Origin: Methanobacteriota archaeon
GTDB lineage: Archaea > Thermoplasmatota > Poseidoniia > Poseidoniales > Thalassarchaeaceae
DNA: 64,000 bases
Direction: 5' to 3'
NCBI GenBank assembly: GCA_004195715.1
Contig: PSPX01000011.1
Coordinates: 4,339 to 68,338 of the forward strand
How positions within the stretch are numbered: position 1 is the stretch's first letter; every line of letters starts with the position of its first letter. This document shows, piece after piece, positions 60,836 through 64,000 of this stretch. The translations under genes were made by a program, and so were the position numbers. The notes below the pieces were generated by a model. It was not told the DNA's origin. It made no database searches and saw only the letters and a list, made by a program, of their open reading frames with translations.

Positions 60836-61729
60836 GGTTTTTCTGAACTTCACAATAGAGTAGGTTCCTACAGCAACTCCACAAGCTCCTGCAATCACGT
60901 TCCAATCGGTTAGAGCGTTGAGCGCGAGGGCTACGCAGTAGAACCCGGAGATGAGGAGCAGCAGGATGAGATGGATGACCGGCCCTCCTCTGAGGCGAGG
61001 GTCGATGAAGTCGTACAGGTAGATCCCACCGCCGAACACTGCGTACGCGTTGGCGAAGCCGAGGTAGACTATCCCGTAAAGCAGAGGAAAAGCCACCATT
61101 CCAAGAGTGATGTCGAGGCCCCCTAGGACAAGCTCCACTCCTAGGATTATCACGTTCCCGTTATGCATCAGTGACTCGTGCCACTCGAAATACTTGCTGA
61201 CGTCATATCCCTTGGCGGCATTATTAGGAATCAGATAGAAAGTCACGATTACTGTTACTAATAGTGCCGTGCCGCACGCGATGGCGAATGCTATCGAAGC
61301 TAATGCGAGAGCCCAACCCGGAACCTCTCCTCCGAGGACGTGTACCCATGAGGACGCGGCTGCTATGGTAAAGTAAAGGCCTAATGCGACAAAACTCCAG
61401 GCCGTGAACGGAGTCAGTCTGTGGGCGCCCAGAAGGACAACCTCGCCCCTCTGTTTGCTATCGTAGAATGTCGGTAGCACCACACTGCCTTCTTCATCTA
61501 TACAGATACTGATTAGTGTGAATAGAGCCAACACGGCGGCAGCCGTTCTGAACAGCGCCAGCAGGATGTCAGGCAGGTATTGTGATCCGATGATATGCCC
61601 CTGGGTCTGCGAGACTTCCGTGATACCACTTGTCGTGACGTAGTAAAGCAGCGTAAGCAGCATGACGATAATCAGGGCGGCGGTCTCAAGGTGCCGACCC
61701 TGCTCACCGTACTCGCGTAGCCAGCGCAT
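60809..61729 (-). CDS. Multi-pass membrane protein
   Basis: About eight TM segments; FTAWS, MHNGN, IYLYDFIDP motifs. Confidence 0.75.
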   Translation of the reverse strand: MRWLREYGEQGRHLETAALIIVMLLTLLYYVTTSGITEVSQTQGHIIGSQYLPDILLALFRTAAAVLALFTLISICIDEEGSVVLPTFYDSKQRGEVVLLGAHRLTPFTAWSFVALGLYFTIAAASSWVHVLGGEVPGWALALASIAFAIACGTALLVTVIVTFYLIPNNAAKGYDVSKYFEWHESLMHNGNVIILGVELVLGGLDITLGMVAFPLLYGIVYLGFANAYAVFGGGIYLYDFIDPRLRGGPVIHLILLLLISGFYCVALALNALTDWNVIAGACGVAVGTYSIVKFRKTSEFRDQSA

Positions 61730-61784
61730 ACCAGTGCAAAATGCACACCAACCTTGAACTCTGCCCCGGACAGGGCAATTCTAC

Positions 61785-61892
61785 TCACTGCTTAGCGCGC
61801 TTACGCGAGGCCTTTCGACGCCGCAACTTCTTCTTGCGCCACTTCCAGCGCTGCTTCCCCTGCTTCTTCCATGCACGGGAGCCTCTCTTCAT
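61785..61892 (-). CDS. rpl41e: Ribosomal protein L41e/eS32-like (35 aa; absent from the ORF track)
   Basis: MKRGSRAWKKQGKQRWKWRKKKLRRRKASRKRAKQ contains the RWKWRKKxxRR signature; promoter-like box 25-32 nt upstream. Confidence 0.85.
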   Translation of the reverse strand: MKRGSRAWKKQGKQRWKWRKKKLRRRKASRKRAKQ

Positions 61893-61947
61893 GCGCGTCG
61901 CCGACCTGCTCTCCCTATTTGAGCGATTCGCGGCGTCAGTAGAGGGA

Positions 61948-62024
61948 TGGTGGGCGATACAGGATTCGAACCCGTGTCACCGGCTTAGAAGGCCGGGATG
62001 ATATCCAGACTACACTAATCGCCC
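61948..62024 (-). tRNA. tRNA-Arg(TCT)
   Basis: GGGCGAT acceptor stem, CCGGC-CTTCTAA-GCCGG anticodon arm, GTTCGAATC, encoded CCA. Confidence 0.96.
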
Positions 62025-62047
62025 GGTTATCCCCGCAGGACTCCCGC

Positions 62048-62851
62048 TCAAGAACCCTGCACCTCATCAGAGCCCTCTTCAAGTAACTCTCCGACTGCTT
62101 CTTCCACCGCCTCCTGCATCTCATCGGCGTCGGAACCGGCGCTCATGTTGAGGGAACCGTCGTCCCTGATGTCGTCCCTGATGTCGACTACACTCCTCCC
62201 CGTCTTCTTTGAGATTGCCTTCTGCATCTTCTTACGCTTCCAGCGCTTGGCGCGGATTCTACTCAACGTGCTGACGATTCGTAGTAAGGTCTCGAGGATT
62301 GCCAGCAGCACGAGGCTGCTGAAGAACGACTTGGCTAGTTCAGGTAGACTCTCTAGGAGTTCTTGGAACTCGCTCCACTGGACCGAGGTCGAACTGACTA
62401 GATAGACACCGAGGACAGCGAAGGGGAGCATCTTTGCAACGTCCTTCGAGAGATCCTCAGTCCAGTACGCAAGAATCCGCACAGCACCGACCACTGAGGT
62501 AGCGATGAGGGCGTTGCGAGCGTGGTCGGTACTATCTGAGAGCAGAGTCAGGATGACCGCCAGTACCAGCGTCCAAAAGGCTATCAAAACGGGGACGACA
62601 ACGACGTATTGAATGACGAACAACACGCTCCTCAGATACTTCTTGACTTTGCCACCGAAGTCATCAGCATACTTGCTCAGATCTAGAGTCAACAGGTCCT
62701 TCTTGGCGAGAATCCGGTAGAACATGAAGACGAAGCCGGAGTACACAGCGATTGCGATGATAGCTATCAGAGTAGGGTAGGTCTCGCGACCGAAGTCGAC
62801 GAGCAACTCAAGCACCTCATCTTGGGTAGTCGGAATATCCACATAGCTCAC
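62048..62851 (-). CDS. Membrane hypothetical protein
   Basis: About six TM segments, EDLSKDVAKMLPF, basic then acidic tail. Confidence 0.75.
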   Translation of the reverse strand: MSYVDIPTTQDEVLELLVDFGRETYPTLIAIIAIAVYSGFVFMFYRILAKKDLLTLDLSKYADDFGGKVKKYLRSVLFVIQYVVVVPVLIAFWTLVLAVILTLLSDSTDHARNALIATSVVGAVRILAYWTEDLSKDVAKMLPFAVLGVYLVSSTSVQWSEFQELLESLPELAKSFFSSLVLLAILETLLRIVSTLSRIRAKRWKRKKMQKAISKKTGRSVVDIRDDIRDDGSLNMSAGSDADEMQEAVEEAVGELLEEGSDEVQGS

Positions 62852-62878
62852 ACTCCGCTCCGACTCAAGGTAGTTGCC

Positions 62879-63424
62879 CTATTTGGTGCTGAATGGACGC
62901 GCGCACTTGGGGCATCTTGTAGGGGCGCTGACTCTGACTCTCTCCCATGTGTGCCCGCAGTTACCGCAGATCCACTGCCTCTCAGGAAGGCTGTCGAGCA
63001 CATCCTGACGCAGTTTTCTGAGGACAGGGGACTTGGCCAGGCTAGGTGCAGGTGCGATCCGCTTGACGAGATCGGCATGGTTGCCACCGTGCTCGACCAT
63101 CCCCGCTGCATGCAGCAACTCGTGTACGAGAGTGTGGCGGAACAGCATCTCGTCTCCAGCAAGAACAGGGTTGAGGCCGATAGTGACAGCACCCGGCGCG
63201 ACCCTCAGCCGACGTCGTCTGAACAGCTCGTTGGGATCAAATTCGAATCTGGTCATACCAAGACGACTCTCCTCATCTGGGAGCCACTCGATAGTCAGGT
63301 GCTTGCCAAGGTGACGCAGGAACGGCGCATCGTCCTCTCCGAGTAACTCCTTCAGTTCGTCAAGAAGTCCCTCGGGCAGCTCAGGCCCGCTTGCTGCTCT
63401 CGCCCCTCTTCCGTCCTCGACCAC
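62879..63424 (-). CDS. SprT-like zinc metalloprotease with C-terminal zinc ribbon
   Basis: TLVHELLH...H, CGNC...CPKC. Confidence 0.78.
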   Translation of the reverse strand: MVEDGRGARAASGPELPEGLLDELKELLGEDDAPFLRHLGKHLTIEWLPDEESRLGMTRFEFDPNELFRRRRLRVAPGAVTIGLNPVLAGDEMLFRHTLVHELLHAAGMVEHGGNHADLVKRIAPAPSLAKSPVLRKLRQDVLDSLPERQWICGNCGHTWERVRVSAPTRCPKCARPFSTK

Positions 63425-63477
63425 GCCACAGCGTGCCCCATTCTCCTTAAATGGCCGTCGTCGGTGGCCCGGCCACT

Positions 63478-63554
63478 GGGCGTGTGGCGCAGCTTGGAAG
63501 CGCGCTTCCTTGGCATGGAAGAGGCCCCGAGTTCAAATCTCGGCACGTCCACCA
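63478..63554 (+). tRNA. tRNA-Ala(GGC)
   Basis: G3:U70 pair in the acceptor stem, CTTCC-TTGGCAT-GGAAG anticodon arm, encoded CCA; CCTTAAAT box at 63445-63452. Confidence 0.96.
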
Positions 63555-63698
63555 TTCTTGCTATTCCTGCTAGGAGTGTGCCAAGCAGCAGCTTGATTCT
63601 TAAATATCAAAATATGAAACCATTGAAACTAGTCCAAATGGTGTTTAGAGACGCATATTGCATTGATACTAAATAGTCTATACTAACACGCACGACGT

Positions 63699-64000
63699 AT
63701 GAAGTCTAAGCTAAGAGCAACACTTCTTTGCACGCTAATGATTGCGTCTTCCCTTGCCGGGTGTCTCGGCGGGGATGACGATGACGGAGACGACGCTGTA
63801 CTGGGATGCACCTACATGGATGCCACCAACTACAATGCCGATGCCGACGAAGACGACGGAACATGTACGTATGCGCCCGGTGAGGAGCCAGTTCTTGGCT
63901 GCACCAACGCGGCAGCTACGAACTACGATTCCGCCGCCACTCGTGACGACGGCTCGTGTTCTTACGCTGAAACCGTGATGGGCTGTATGGACCCGGCTGC
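63699..64000 (+). CDS. Lipoprotein with GC-x4-A-x-NY...DDG-x-C repeats (3' partial; frame absent from the ORF track)
   Basis: MKSKLRATLLCTLMIASSLAGCLGG..., repeats GCTYMDATNYN...DDGTC, GCTNAAATNYD...DDGSC, GCMDPA. Confidence 0.85.
   Translation, partial: MKSKLRATLLCTLMIASSLAGCLGGDDDDGDDAVLGCTYMDATNYNADADEDDGTCTYAPGEEPVLGCTNAAATNYDSAATRDDGSCSYAETVMGCMDPA

Noticed and set aside
62159-62186. 12-nt tandem repeat GTCGTCCCTGAT
   Set aside because: About two copies encoding DIRDDIRDD; not a CRISPR array or regulatory repeat.
63742-63978. 78-aa ORF listed in the track
   Set aside because: Wrong frame; the real CDS starts at 63699 with a lipobox and Cys repeats and runs off the window.
1-64000. CRISPR arrays, IS elements, integrases, rRNA
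   Set aside because: No regularly spaced repeats, no transposase or recombinase motifs, and no rRNA-like sequence seen.

Overview
A gene-dense, GC-rich archaeal chromosome segment, most consistent with Marine Group II Thermoplasmatota (Poseidoniales). Archaeal markers: TBP, archaeosine TGT, ABCE1/RLI, DRG GTPase, CTP-dependent riboflavin kinase, archaeal TpiA, SepF, L41e/eS32 and a PriS-like AEP. These sit among bacterial-type metabolic genes and large acidic PKD/lipoprotein surface proteins. The window holds about 58 CDS and two tRNAs (Arg-TCT, Ala-GGC). I saw no CRISPR array, rRNA, transposase or integrase. Most notable observations: (1) a TBP with a ~59-aa insertion, in a window where many apparently leaderless genes carry a non-canonical TTCAA/TTGAA-type box at the TATA position; (2) a circularly permuted glycerophosphodiester phosphodiesterase; (3) an unassigned ~120-nt structured intergenic element; (4) a large-small fused AcnX (likely phosphomevalonate dehydratase) plus two tandem head-to-head prenyl synthases; (5) acidic DxDxDG loops inserted into two transporters; (6) a recurring TAATCA junction at gene ends; (7) a cluster of short deletions/frameshifts (tgtA, ABC permease, two others) that may be assembly artefacts. 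All calls come from reading motifs by eye; no database searches were run.
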